In this document: positions 24,223-35,160 of the stretch, piece after piece
Layout: each line of letters begins with the position of its first letter
How positions within the stretch are numbered: position 1 is the stretch's first letter
From: Massalongia carnosa
Taxonomy: Eukaryota
Direction of reading: 5' to 3'
Assembly (NCBI GenBank): GCA_965645245.1
Contig: OZ287076.1
Coordinates: forward strand, 1,178,001 to 1,242,000
DNA length: 64,000 bases
Notes under the pieces: model-generated
What the model was told of the DNA's origin: nothing
What the model saw: only the letters and a program-made list of their open reading frames with translations
The model's database searches: none
Translations under genes and position numbers: made by a program

Positions 24223-27200
24223 ATGTATACTTCGTATTCATTGGCCATGACGGCCGTCGCCATCTCTTCTTTCTTGTCCGTGGCGACTGCGTTTGATGCC
24301 TCTTCCAACACCAACATGGTGGTGTATTGGGTATGAAAAGCTTTACTCGCTTTCAATGAGCGCAAGTTTGGCAGCTGATGATTTGCCAGGGTCAAGGAGC
24401 AAACCAGCAACGATTGGCGTATTTCTGTCAAGACTCGACAATCGATATAATTCCAATTGGATTTGTGAACGTCTTTCCTGATCAGGTCAACGGGAGTTAC
24501 CCAGGGACCAATTTCGGAAATCAATGTGGAGATGAAACATACAAAAACCCCGATGGGACGGCAAGTCGACTGCTATCTCATTGCCCACTGATAGGACCCG
24601 ATATCAAGACATGCCAAGCCGCCGGCAAGAAGATACTTCTTTCCTTGGGAGGCTCTTATCCAACAGACCAAGTAATAAAGAACGAAATTTCTGCGACGAA
24701 ATTTGCTACCTTTTTGTGGAATGCATTTGGACCCGTAAACGCATCATACAACGGCCCACGCCCTTTTGGAGATGCAGTGGTGGACGGTTTCGACTTCGAC
24801 ATTGAAAACCAGCTGGCTGTAAATGAAAATCCCAATGATCTGAACCGTGGTTATGGAACTATGGTAAACACATTGCGTAATCTATACGCGTCGAATAAGG
24901 CAAAGCAATATTACATCTCGGCAGCGCCGCAATGTATAATACCCGATGCCCATTTGGCGCCTGCTATCAAGAGTTCGTGGTTTGACTTTATTTTTGTTCA
25001 ATTTTACAACACCCCTCAGTGTTCGGCTCGAGCCTTCTTTGATCACCGGTACGGTGCTTATGGAGGCCCGGACACGGATATTTCATTCGATGCTTGGGTT
25101 TCGTTTTTGACGACGTATTCTCACAACCCGGATGTGAAGATATATCTTGGACTTCCAGCAGCTCCGCCTGTGGCCTACGATAGCTACATGTACTTGAAGC
25201 CCAACGAGAGCAAAGCATTGATTGAGCACTTTCAGTGTAAGTATGCCGAAAATTTTGGTGGTGTTATGTTGTATGAGGCAACATACTCTCAGAATTACTC
25301 CATCGCTGGGGAACCATATGCGAAGGTGCTGAAGCAATATGAGAAAAACTGTGACTGCAATCGCAGGCCTGTCACTAGTTCCACCCTTCCAGCGTCCATT
25401 TCACCTACGACCCGCTCCTCGGCTCGCTCATCAGGAACTACCACATCAAGTGTCAAAACATTTATTTCGAGCTCCAGAACTATTACTTCGAGTTCCCCAG
25501 CCGTTACTTCCGGTTCCAAAGCTGCTACTTCCAGTTCTAAAAGCGTAGTCTCCAGTTCCAGGGCCGTTACTTCCAGCTCTAGGACTCTGACTTCAACTTC
25601 CAGAACTTTGGTTGCACGAACGACAGCCATCGGGTATAATTCGGTCACTTTGAAACCGTATTCGTCATACCCCTATTCTGGAAGTGCGCCAGTCTATCAA
25701 GCCTCGGGTACTGTCCCTCGCCCTTACTCCTCCAGTCCACCGTTTCCTTACTTCTCTGGAAGTGCGTCAGTCTATCAAGCCTCGGGTACTGTCTCTCGCC
25801 CTTACTCCTCCAGTCCACCGTTTCCTTACTCCTCTGGAAGTGCGTCAGTCTATCAAGCCGCGGGTACTGTCTCTCGCCCTTACTCCTCCAGTCCACCGTT
25901 TCCTTACTCCTCTGGAAGTGCGTCAGTCTATCAAGCCTCGGGTACTAGCCCTCGCCCTTACTCCTCAAATCCACCGTATCCCTATTCCTCCGGAAGTGTG
26001 CTACACCATCAGGCCTCGGGCATAAGCTCTCGCACCTATTCATCGAGTGCTCCATATTCTTGCTCAGGAATTGCTGCAAATCTGCACTCCTCAGGCCCTG
26101 CGCCAAGTTTACAGCCCTCAGGGACCGGTCCTCGAATCTACTCTTCAGTGGCTCCGCCCTACGCTTATTCCTCGGGAGTAGATGTATATCCGTCATCTGT
26201 CGGGACTGCACCGTATCCTTACTCAACAAAAGTGTCCTCTGTTTCGCATTCATCTTTGACCGAGCTGTATCCTTATCCGTCAGGAGTGATATCGGCTCCC
26301 TCATATTCACCGCCTGAGCCAAACGCGTACTCTTCGGCAATTGTGTCCAGCCGTCAGGCGTCAGGAACAGAAGTTCAAGTATCTTCAACCCCGTATACGA
26401 GCGCGACTGGAATTGATCGCGTGGTTTCTTCAGCAAGTCTCCCTCTGCCTTCATCAGGTATCCTATACCCGTATCACAACGCTTCTTCAGCGAGCAATTC
26501 CGAATCACCTGCCGAAGGGTCTACATGTCTCTCAATTAGCCCCAGTGCAGCTCCTACTCCTAATTTTGGTTCTTCGGTATCATCGTCAACTGTAATAATA
26601 CCAGGACAATCTATCAGCGTCTCCACTAGAATTTATGAATCGATCACTACATCAGCTCCGGCTCACGAGACTAGCTCTGTTCATGAACACGGGACAACAT
26701 CTCTGCCTTCGATCATTTATTCTGCGGGTCACGGGCCATCACCCATCACTCAGTTGGCGGTAACGACAGTCATGTAAGTGAACCAGGGTGTTAAAAGCGC
26801 TTTCATGCTGACTCAGCTCAACAGTACTACGTCCTACGTCACGGTGTGCCCTATTACGAAAACACTGACCAGCGGTGGTACCAAGGCTATTCAGACGACT
26901 CTGTCAACATCAACTGTCTATATTACTTACACTTCAACGATTTGCACGAAATGTGTGGCACCACCTACCCCAGCACCTGTTAAGCCAAGTGCCACGTCTT
27001 TGCCAGCCACCACCCAAGATGTAGTAACCACAGTCATGTAAGTGACAACTACATATCGCAAGGTCAATCGTCTCTAATTTGGAATAGCGTACATACCATC
27101 TACACGACCTGCCCAGTAACGCATACCATTACATCCGGGACGAAGGAGGTTGTCCAAGTTTCGCAGACAGTGTCAACAGTCTATGAAACCATAACGTCGA

Positions 27201-28255
27201 CCATTTGCACCAAATGCGTTGCTCCACCTACTCCAGCCCCAACGGCCTCATCCCTAGCAGCTACCACCCAGGATGTCGTGACCACAGTCTTGTAAGTCAC
27301 TTTTGAACAAATATTAACTGTAACTAACCAAGGAACAGCGTCTACACCACATATACCACCTGCCCAGTAATGCAGACTGTCACATCCGGCACCAAGGAGG
27401 TTGTTCAAGTCACTCAGACCGTATCCACCATATATGAGACCCTAACTTCAACCATCTGCACCAAATGCATCCCTCCACCCACTCCAGCGCCAACCCCGGC
27501 GAACACCCCATCTACTATATCTGCAACCACCCAGGAAGTTGTTACCACCATAATGTAAGCTCACTTTTGCTCTTTTGGTGTCAAAATTTTACTCATCATA
27601 ACTCAGCGTCTACACAACGTTCACCACTTGCCCGGTGACTAGTACCATTACCGTTGGAACCAGCACAGGTATTCAAGTCTTGCAGTCAGTCTCCACAATT
27701 TACGAAACCGTAACTTCGACCATCTGCACGAAATGCGTCGCGCCACCAACTGTGATTCCTGGATCAGGTGCTCCACATCAAGCTTCTCTGGCCGTAAGCA
27801 CAGCACCTGTGGCTCACTCGGTTGACGTTGGATATTCGCCTTCCGCTGGACGACCTTACAGCACCATTGAAATCGGCAGCCCTGCAGCGCCTCAGAGCGC
27901 CGAGACGATTGTAGAGACTCACATTCCGACCACCGTGGTCGGGATTGTTACAATGACCATCGTCCCCGTGCCTCTTTTCACGCCTGAAGCCGCAACGCCT
28001 GTTGCCTCAATTCATGGCTCGTCACATGTAGCACCAATCTACAGCCCAGCGCCCATCGCTCCCGAAACCACCGCTGGGCCCTTCCCTGTTGCGAGCAACG
28101 GTACCGCCCCAGGAGGTACTGCCGGCAGCCTAACCGGAACCGCGGCTATCGTAACCGGAACAACCCAATTGTTCACCGGAGCTGCAAACAAGATCAGCTT
28201 TGGACTTACGGGCAGCGTTGTGTTAGCAGGAGCTATTCTTGCGCTATTGAATTGA
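24223..28255 (+). CDS. GPI-anchored class III (GH18 subgroup B) endochitinase, ChiA-like
   Basis: Signal peptide; VYW|GQG (intron ~24331-24389); LLSLGG, DGFDFDIE catalytic motif, SAAPQC, FVQFYN and FGGVMLY. Long Ser/Thr/Pro stalk, four 3' introns, and a C-terminal FTGAA plus hydrophobic GPI signal. Confidence 0.95.
25677..25988 (+). repeat. 78-bp coding tandem repeat x4 (SGSASVYQASGTVSRPYSSSPPFPYS)
   Basis: Units start at 25677, 25755, 25833 and 25911; a degenerate fifth starts at 25989. Confidence 0.95.
26774..27750 (+). repeat. Four intron+exon repeat modules (TTCPVT...TSTICTKCVAPPTP) in the chitinase 3' region
   Basis: Introns at 26774-26824, 27038-27087, 27292-27338 and 27555-27606, all phase 2. 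The exons of 213, 204 and 216 nt encode homologous modules. Confidence 0.88.
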
Positions 28256-28919
28256 GTCTAGATGTGAACGGGGATGTAGCATGATTGGGTAGAACTCTGT
28301 ACCGGCATGGATGTATATGTGTTTACTTTCGTTTCGTGATCCGATGACCTTGGAGATGAATATGTGTCTGGGGTGGGTTTTTATCGTGGAGGGTTTTGAA
28401 ATGCCAGCCATGAACAAGTACTCTCGCAAGCATGCATCACGTACTCCCGATGCTTCTGGATGATACGATGGTGCAATTCTTTCAAATTCGTGATCGAAGA
28501 CTAAAGAGTGAAACATTAATTCCTATATTCTGTACTCTGTACTCTCTATGTATGATGGTGCTGAAGTTAACTGGAGAGAATAACACCGAATCGGGTCTAG
28601 CTCTGAGCAGGTATAGTTAGTAAAGGCTCGTCGCATTGCTCAGGATCACGGAGTATGTGCAAAGACCTCGCTTTCTCGAGAGCAGATCATAGGCAGAAAT
28701 AACTGATCTAGTTAAATACCTTCACACTAATCATTTTAAATAGAATGATGAAGGCAAGAAACGCCAGTAGAGCAATGTTCGTTCCGATAGCGCCGCCAAA
28801 GAGACATCCTACTTAATCCAACCTCATAAGCGGCTGATGGTCGGTCAGCTTCTTGCTTGCAATCGGAACACCTTGAGCTTTAGGTTTCAAAATCAACCGG
28901 AAACTTCGAAAAAGAAGCA

Positions 28920-30422
28920 ATGGCGGAAGATGGCGTTGAGGAACGCCTTCTTCCTCTGAAACGCAGCAGATCGACCATCGACAACACAATCCTTTCCCCT
29001 GGTACCGTGAGGATCAACTTCCAAGGTGCTTTTATAGTGGATGAGGAATTACCCGTAACACCGGGAGAAGACGGTGCCCAGCACGACACCAAAGACATCC
29101 GGCTGCCCAACCATAAAGCCGTCGTCAGCCATGTGGCTCTGGATGCAAGTTTTCTTTCTTCAACGCCGACTTCCCCCTTGTCGCCTTCTCCAAACTAATG
29201 GATTCCCCCAAGTACAGATCGGCGGCTCGCTCGCGAAACTCGTATACTTTTCCCGGGAACCGGATTCGAAAGAGCTTGGAGGGAGGTTGAATTTCCTGAC
29301 GTTCGAGACGGACAGGATAGATCAATGCTTTGAGTTTGTGCAGCAGCTCAAAAGGAAGCAGCCGCCGCTCAATTGGTCGAGGCCAGGGGAGCTTTGTGTC
29401 ATGGCTACTGGTGGCGGTGCATACAAGTATTACGATGAGATGAAGAGGATTCTTGGGGTCGAGGTGCTGCGTGAGGATGAGATGGAATGTTTGATCATGG
29501 GTTGGTAATATGAGAAAATCCCACGTCCTTGCGTTGAGTCAATCCTCTTTAAGAAAGCTAACCGTCATCTCCTCAAACTCTAGGCCTGGATTTTTTTATC
29601 ACCGAAATCCCCAGTGAAGTTTTTACCTACAGCGACGCCGACCCCATGCGTTTCGCAGAAGCTCGCGCGGACATATATCCCTACTTGCTTGTCAACATCG
29701 GTTCCGGCGTCTCCATGATTAAAGTTTCAGGCCCCAAGCAATACGATCGTATCGGCGGCACATCCCTGGGCGGCGGCACGCTCTGGGGCTTGCTTTCCCT
29801 CCTCACGGGGGCGCGGACCTTTAGCGACATGCTCGGTATGGCGGAACGGGGCGATAACGCCGCTGTCGACATGTTGGTTGGCGATATCTACGGCACGGAC
29901 TATGGCAAGATCGGCCTAAAGAGCAGCACCATCGCGAGCAGCTTCGGGAAAGTCTTCAATATGAAACGGCAGGCAGAAAGCGCTGCCGAGGACGGCGGCG
30001 GCATGTCGAATGGCGACCCGGCACCGACGGGTAATACGGAGCGGGAGTTCAAACCCGAGGATATCAGCCGCAGTTTGCTGTACGCCATCAGGTATGTCCC
30101 TGTCCCTGTCTCGTTCGCGCTCTTATCAACCATCAAAAACCCCTCTCACTCGTTCCCTCCCTCATTTTCGTTCCATAGCAACAACATCGGCCAAATCGCC
30201 TACCTGCAGTCGGAAAAACACACGACGGAGCACATTTACTTCGGCGGCTCCTTCATCCGCGGCCACCGCCAGACCATGAACACCCTCTCCTACGCCATCA
30301 AGTTCTGGTCCGGGGGGCACAAACGCGCGTATTTCTTGCGCCATGAGGGTTATCTGGGCGCCGTGGGCGCGTTTTTGAAACGCCAGCCCAGGAACTGGGG
30401 GAGGAGGAATAGTTTTGAATAG
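28920..30422 (+). CDS. panK: Type II pantothenate kinase (fumble family)
   Basis: VALD|IGGSLAKLVYF (GC-AG intron 29145-29217), ATGGGAYKY, REDEMECLI, YLLVNIGSGVS, GGTSLGGGT, DMLVGDIYG and FLRHEGYLGAVGAF. Confidence 0.95.
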
Positions 30423-31105
30423 GCAGACGGAGATTGATTCAGCTGGGGGAGATTTGTTTTCTGATGCAGTGGGAACATAGGAGTTTCCTTCTCCAAATAC
30501 AGTACCCATCTAAAATACTCCGAGTAATCTATAAATCCACCATCCATCCATCAAGTTCTCTTTCCTTCCATCCTTCCATCCAGGCCTCAAATCCTAGCCT
30601 CTCAACGCCCCTTCCCCCTAACCTCATTTGTTTTACTAATACTCGAAACTCCATAGGATTCTACGGTTGTGAGTGACTTTGCGGTCGTCGTTGGGGGGAG
30701 GGAAGGGTTAGTGAGATGGAAGGGAAATAAAGGCTAGATGGAGCGAGCATACATAATAATTATCAACTGTTAGCGTTATTACTTTTGCTACTAAGGAGAG
30801 GAGAACGGATAGATTGGAGAAGGTGGGTCGGGTAAGAGAAAAGGCGATAGGCATCCGTCTGGTATACTAGGGGGAAGAAAAGAAGCGGAGGTAAAGTTGC
30901 GCAGATGCGGTTTCTGACAACGCGGGAAGGAGAATTTGGGGGGGGGAGGGTTGGGAAGGGGTATAATACATAAAAGGGACGTGTTGTTCATCTTTCTTTG
31001 GTGAATGTTCGGTTCACTAACGACGAGAAGGAAGTACGGGGTACGTAGGGGTAGGGAACAATTCAAATAGTTGCACCAAACGCAACAACATATCGTGTCT
31101 AGGGA

Positions 31106-32060
31106 CCGTGGCACGCGCATTACAAAAAAAACGCCACACCTTGATCTTGCCCCATCATAATCAACAATTGTTTCTTCCTCATTAATTCATCATGAATCAA
31201 CTCAACCTTTCTAATTCTTCGTCGCATGAGTTTCAAAAACATTATGATATTCCCATAAAAGCGAAAGTGCAAGGAGCCGTCGAATTTTGTGAAAAAAATG
31301 AGAATTTCGTACTACAAGGAGGATGTTTTTCGAGTGTTCGACGTCGGACGAGAACGTGATTATCATTATTTGCGGGGAAATTCTTCGAGAAGACTACACA
31401 ATAATCCTGCTCAAGAAGAGACTCGAGGTCGTCATAGTCTCGTTCTCAAAAAATTCGAGAAATGAAAAGAATTTTCGAAGAGGAGGATATTGAGGCTCGC
31501 GCTTTAACGTGAAGTCGATTGAGTTACGAGGTGAGTCTAGATTGCAGTGATCGTACGATTCAAAGAGGGATGAATATCATGAATTATTACAAGTGCATTT
31601 CTTGTAAGAAGGACTGAATGAACAAGAAAACAACAGCGAATCGAGTTAATTGGGCGAGAGCTATGTTGAATAAATATTCTGAATCGAAAGACTGATATCG
31701 AGTACAATTCAGCGATGAAGTTCATTTCGACTGAGGTTCGCAAGGAAAGCTACGAATCATACGAAAGTCTGATGAACGAAATTGTTTGAACTTTATTCAG
31801 GAGGCAAATGAGTCGAATGAAAAGAATAAAAAACGTCATCATTGCTGAGCCTCCGCAGGTCACAATTTCAAATCAGATATTTATTTTTGTGAGGTTTCGG
31901 GAAACGTCAATGAAAAGATAAGTCAAAAGGCTTATATCTGTCACGATTCTACCTTTTGCCTTTAGGAACTGAGCCACGCTGTAATAGTAACAGTTGAAAT
32001 TGTTGATTTTGATGGGGCAAGATTTTGGTGTGGCGTTTTTTTGTCATGCGCGTGCGTGGG
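31106..32060 (+). mobile_element. Internally deleted, hypermutated Tc1/mariner transposon relic
   Basis: Imperfect ~60-bp TIRs (31111-31169 vs 31998-32055) with TA at 32061. The frame from 31501 reads ALT*SRL..RTIQRGM..KCISCKKD*..D*YRVQFSDEVHFD*G..HC*ASAGHNFKS..GNVNEKISQKAYI, a Tc1-type sequence with the FSDE motif, truncated before the rest of the DDE domain. Confidence 0.88.
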
Positions 32061-33166
32061 TAACTATGTGTTGTAGTGAAAACTCCCTGGAAAGAGAGTG
32101 TGAAACATCGGGATGCGAGGAGCCGGCTGGTCAGAACAGTTTGTATGTACAGTTTACATTGGGTGGTCCATGAGTAAAAGGCGTATCTACCCTAGTTGAT
32201 AGTTTTAGATGGTTCTTGGTATGTCTGCTCCGTAACACCCACTTGAGAGGGCCGCGAGGACTTGCGAGTCGAAGAGTTTGAGAAAAAACTTATAGAAAAG
32301 TAAGCTCTTAAATGCGAGCATGCCTGCGTGACGGGCATGGGAAATCGCTCAGCCACGATGAGTACCGCGTCAAGAGGAGGCTACGTGGAGATTGAAAGGC
32401 GGCTCTTGGGGTTTAGCATGTTACAATGTGTGCACAGACATTTCGAAAGAGTTCAGATCAACGACAACGTATAGAGTACAGAGTAGAGACCAAGTTGATA
32501 ACCGATGGATTGTACTCCGAACCCCACAGATAGCTTACGAGTGGATCACACGCACAAGAGTCGACGGTCTTGAAAAATTCTGGTAGATGAGAGGTTGGGC
32601 TTCGTTCGAACGTGGGCGCTTAAAGGCGACTGGAATTGGTGAAGACATCCGTTTGTGAGACTCGAAACATGAACGGCGCAAGGCAGACACAATAAATATC
32701 AAGGAAACACCCCTTTCCGGATCTTTTTGGTTGCACAACACCATAGCCAGAAAATAAGTTATTAGCATCGAGGAGCCGATCATAGGATGATGGTTGGCAA
32801 TACGACGCAGAGTCTCGAGAGCGTTGCATGAACGTCGGGGAATGTGTTGTGCGACAGCAAAGTCGATTGTTTTTTTGGTAGAGACGTTGGGGTTCCCGTG
32901 ATGCGATGCTACAACTTGAAGGGCTACGCCGCGTTAATGCCTAGTCTGTCAGCCAATACTCCGTAGAGAAGCGCTTTTCTCTTTCCGCCCTTGAACTGGC
33001 GAGATAATCGGTTCTGGCAATGGGGTAGATGTTAGAGCTTCGGAGGCGCAGCATCTCCCTATCATGCCTTAAGATACGTTGAGGAAACCGTACACGTTTC
33101 TCGGCCAGTTTAAATATTCCTACGTTGCACCTTTTGTATATCAGCAGAAGACCACAAACTCATACA

Positions 33167-35160
33167 ATGGTAGGTCCTAAATTTGATAGCATCTGTCAAG
33201 ATGAGTTAAGGCTGGACGCCGCTGGTCAGAAACAACTGGTCGCGGAAGTTAAAGAATTTCAGAAGCAATGGGACAAGGATGTGGACCATAAAGAGGAAAG
33301 GGATGAGCATGGAGTCTATGCCCCTCGAATTTTGGATGGGATGGCCAAAACCTACGTTAGGGATGGATGGAGCACGCCTCGAATATCTCCCGGCAAATCT
33401 CTGTGGCTGTATTCTGACCCAGACTCTGATGTACCAACCTACAAGTTTCCCGATGATGAAGAGCAGTAAAAACACCTAGCGCCGTTGGACCCGTTAACAT
33501 TGCTTACCTTCTCAGAATCCTGAAAGGCGTTGCCAAACTATTTGCCAAGATCCAGCATGGCCGCGACAAATACAAACGAATGAAAAGGAAGCGAGATGTA
33601 AATGCTGAGGATGATTTTCTCCAAGACGGAGAAGAATCGGTGCGGTTCCAGAAACTATATTGTAGCCGATAACCGATTCACACGAGTGCACAGGACTATC
33701 CTTCCGTTGCTGAAATTATCCAACAGACAAGTCCGATATCCTTCAAGAAACTACGAAGGCGAAGTGATCGGAACAAGGGCGAGAACTCTAGTGATGATGA
33801 GCACGGTACTGCTGCTGGTATTGTTCAACTGCCAGTGGCCAAAAAACAAGCAAAAGATGCAGGTAAAGGGAACAATACCGAGGACCAGATTCCAGAAAGC
33901 CTCGGCAAGAGCAACCTAGAAGCCTTTAAGCTTGACGCCAAGTATCCAGCAAGTGAAGATAAGAATCAGCCAGTAGAGATAGCGAGGCTTATACTTGGGA
34001 CGCAACAAGATCCTGCAGTTGTCTCTCAAGATGAAGTAACCAAAATAGCTTCCTGGTCTTCAATAGAGAAAGGTAAGAAGCATTTCCGATGCTATGATTA
34101 GAGTCCTAGCGCCAATCACTGATTGCAGATCGTATGATAGCAACGTCAGAGCAACTCAGCGAGTTCTCGGGTCTCTTCAAAAAGCTAGAGTCAACGATTA
34201 GTCCACAGTGTGCCAACAATGAGCCATCACCTAGGTCACCAGACAAAGCAAGTTCAGCACGGCGCTCTTCATCATTTAAATCATTGGATATTCCGCCCTA
34301 TCGCCCCAGAGAAGAGTATGATTTAGACAGGCCTCGCCCTCTTCACAAATCACTCGGAGCCAATATGTTTGAGGCTTTATACGCCCAAGACCAATCGAAA
34401 AACTCACCAAACAAAATCAAGAACGCCATGAACCGTACCAAACATGATACGCTAATGAGCGGCATGGCGGATAAGTCGTCAAAGACAATACGCGGTCTCG
34501 GGATCGGAACTATGGATGACAAGACGAGACCTAATTTCCTAAAGGGATCTACTGTTGGGTCGTACTTGAAGTCAAGGTCGGAAGTAATGGATGACCGCAG
34601 TCCCACATTGGTAGCCAGGTCGCAGTCCGTAAAGTACGTAGGAAGATCCAAGCTGGTGATAAATATAGAAAGGAGCCATACATGCAGCCTACGCATAACG
34701 CTCAGCAAACTGCCGAGCAAGAAGAGAGTCCATCCGTGGAACTTGACAGCGCCGGACGCCGACACAGGAGCCTTGCAATAACTCCACTCCCAAGGAGATA
34801 GACACGCCTAGATTCAGTCCGCTGGCCCGTTTTTGGATCCTCAAAAGTCGGCGTCCACGCATGGCATGGGCACGCTAGCTCGATGCGGAGTTAAGCGACG
34901 AGAGCCTCGATTCGTTGTTCCACGTTGTGTTTAGGCATACCGGGGCAGTAGATTACAGCTCATTAGACATCACGCTTGAGATAGCGGAGCAAGAATTTTC
35001 TTTCTAGATCGACGGAAGTCGCCAAGACCATTTCGATGATATGAGGCAGTTCATGATCAGTATTGTTGGGAGAAACCAAGAGACGAGAATTAACACCAGT
35101 GTTGCACCAAACATTTGGATTCGGCCGGTAGGGGTTGAGTTATGGACTAGGATTGAATAA
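33167..35160 (+). pseudogene. Decayed multi-exon hypothetical protein gene
   Basis: Coding-like segments (MVGPKFDSICQDELRL..., intron ~33466-33516, ...RFWILKSRRPRMAWAR*LDAELS...) interrupted by in-frame TAA 33670, TAG 34876 and TAG 35005, and an unresolved frame change near 34640-34750. Confidence 0.55.

Noticed and set aside
30420..30720. Possible extra PanK exon (CTAAT..CATAG acceptor near 30656)
   Set aside because: There is no convincing donor before the TAG at 30420-30422, and the protein is already complete through RRNSFE.
34861..35010. Two in-frame TAG codons as A-to-I editing (TAG->TGG) stop-correction sites
   Set aside because: The same gene also has a TAA and an unresolved frame change, so plain pseudogenisation is simpler.
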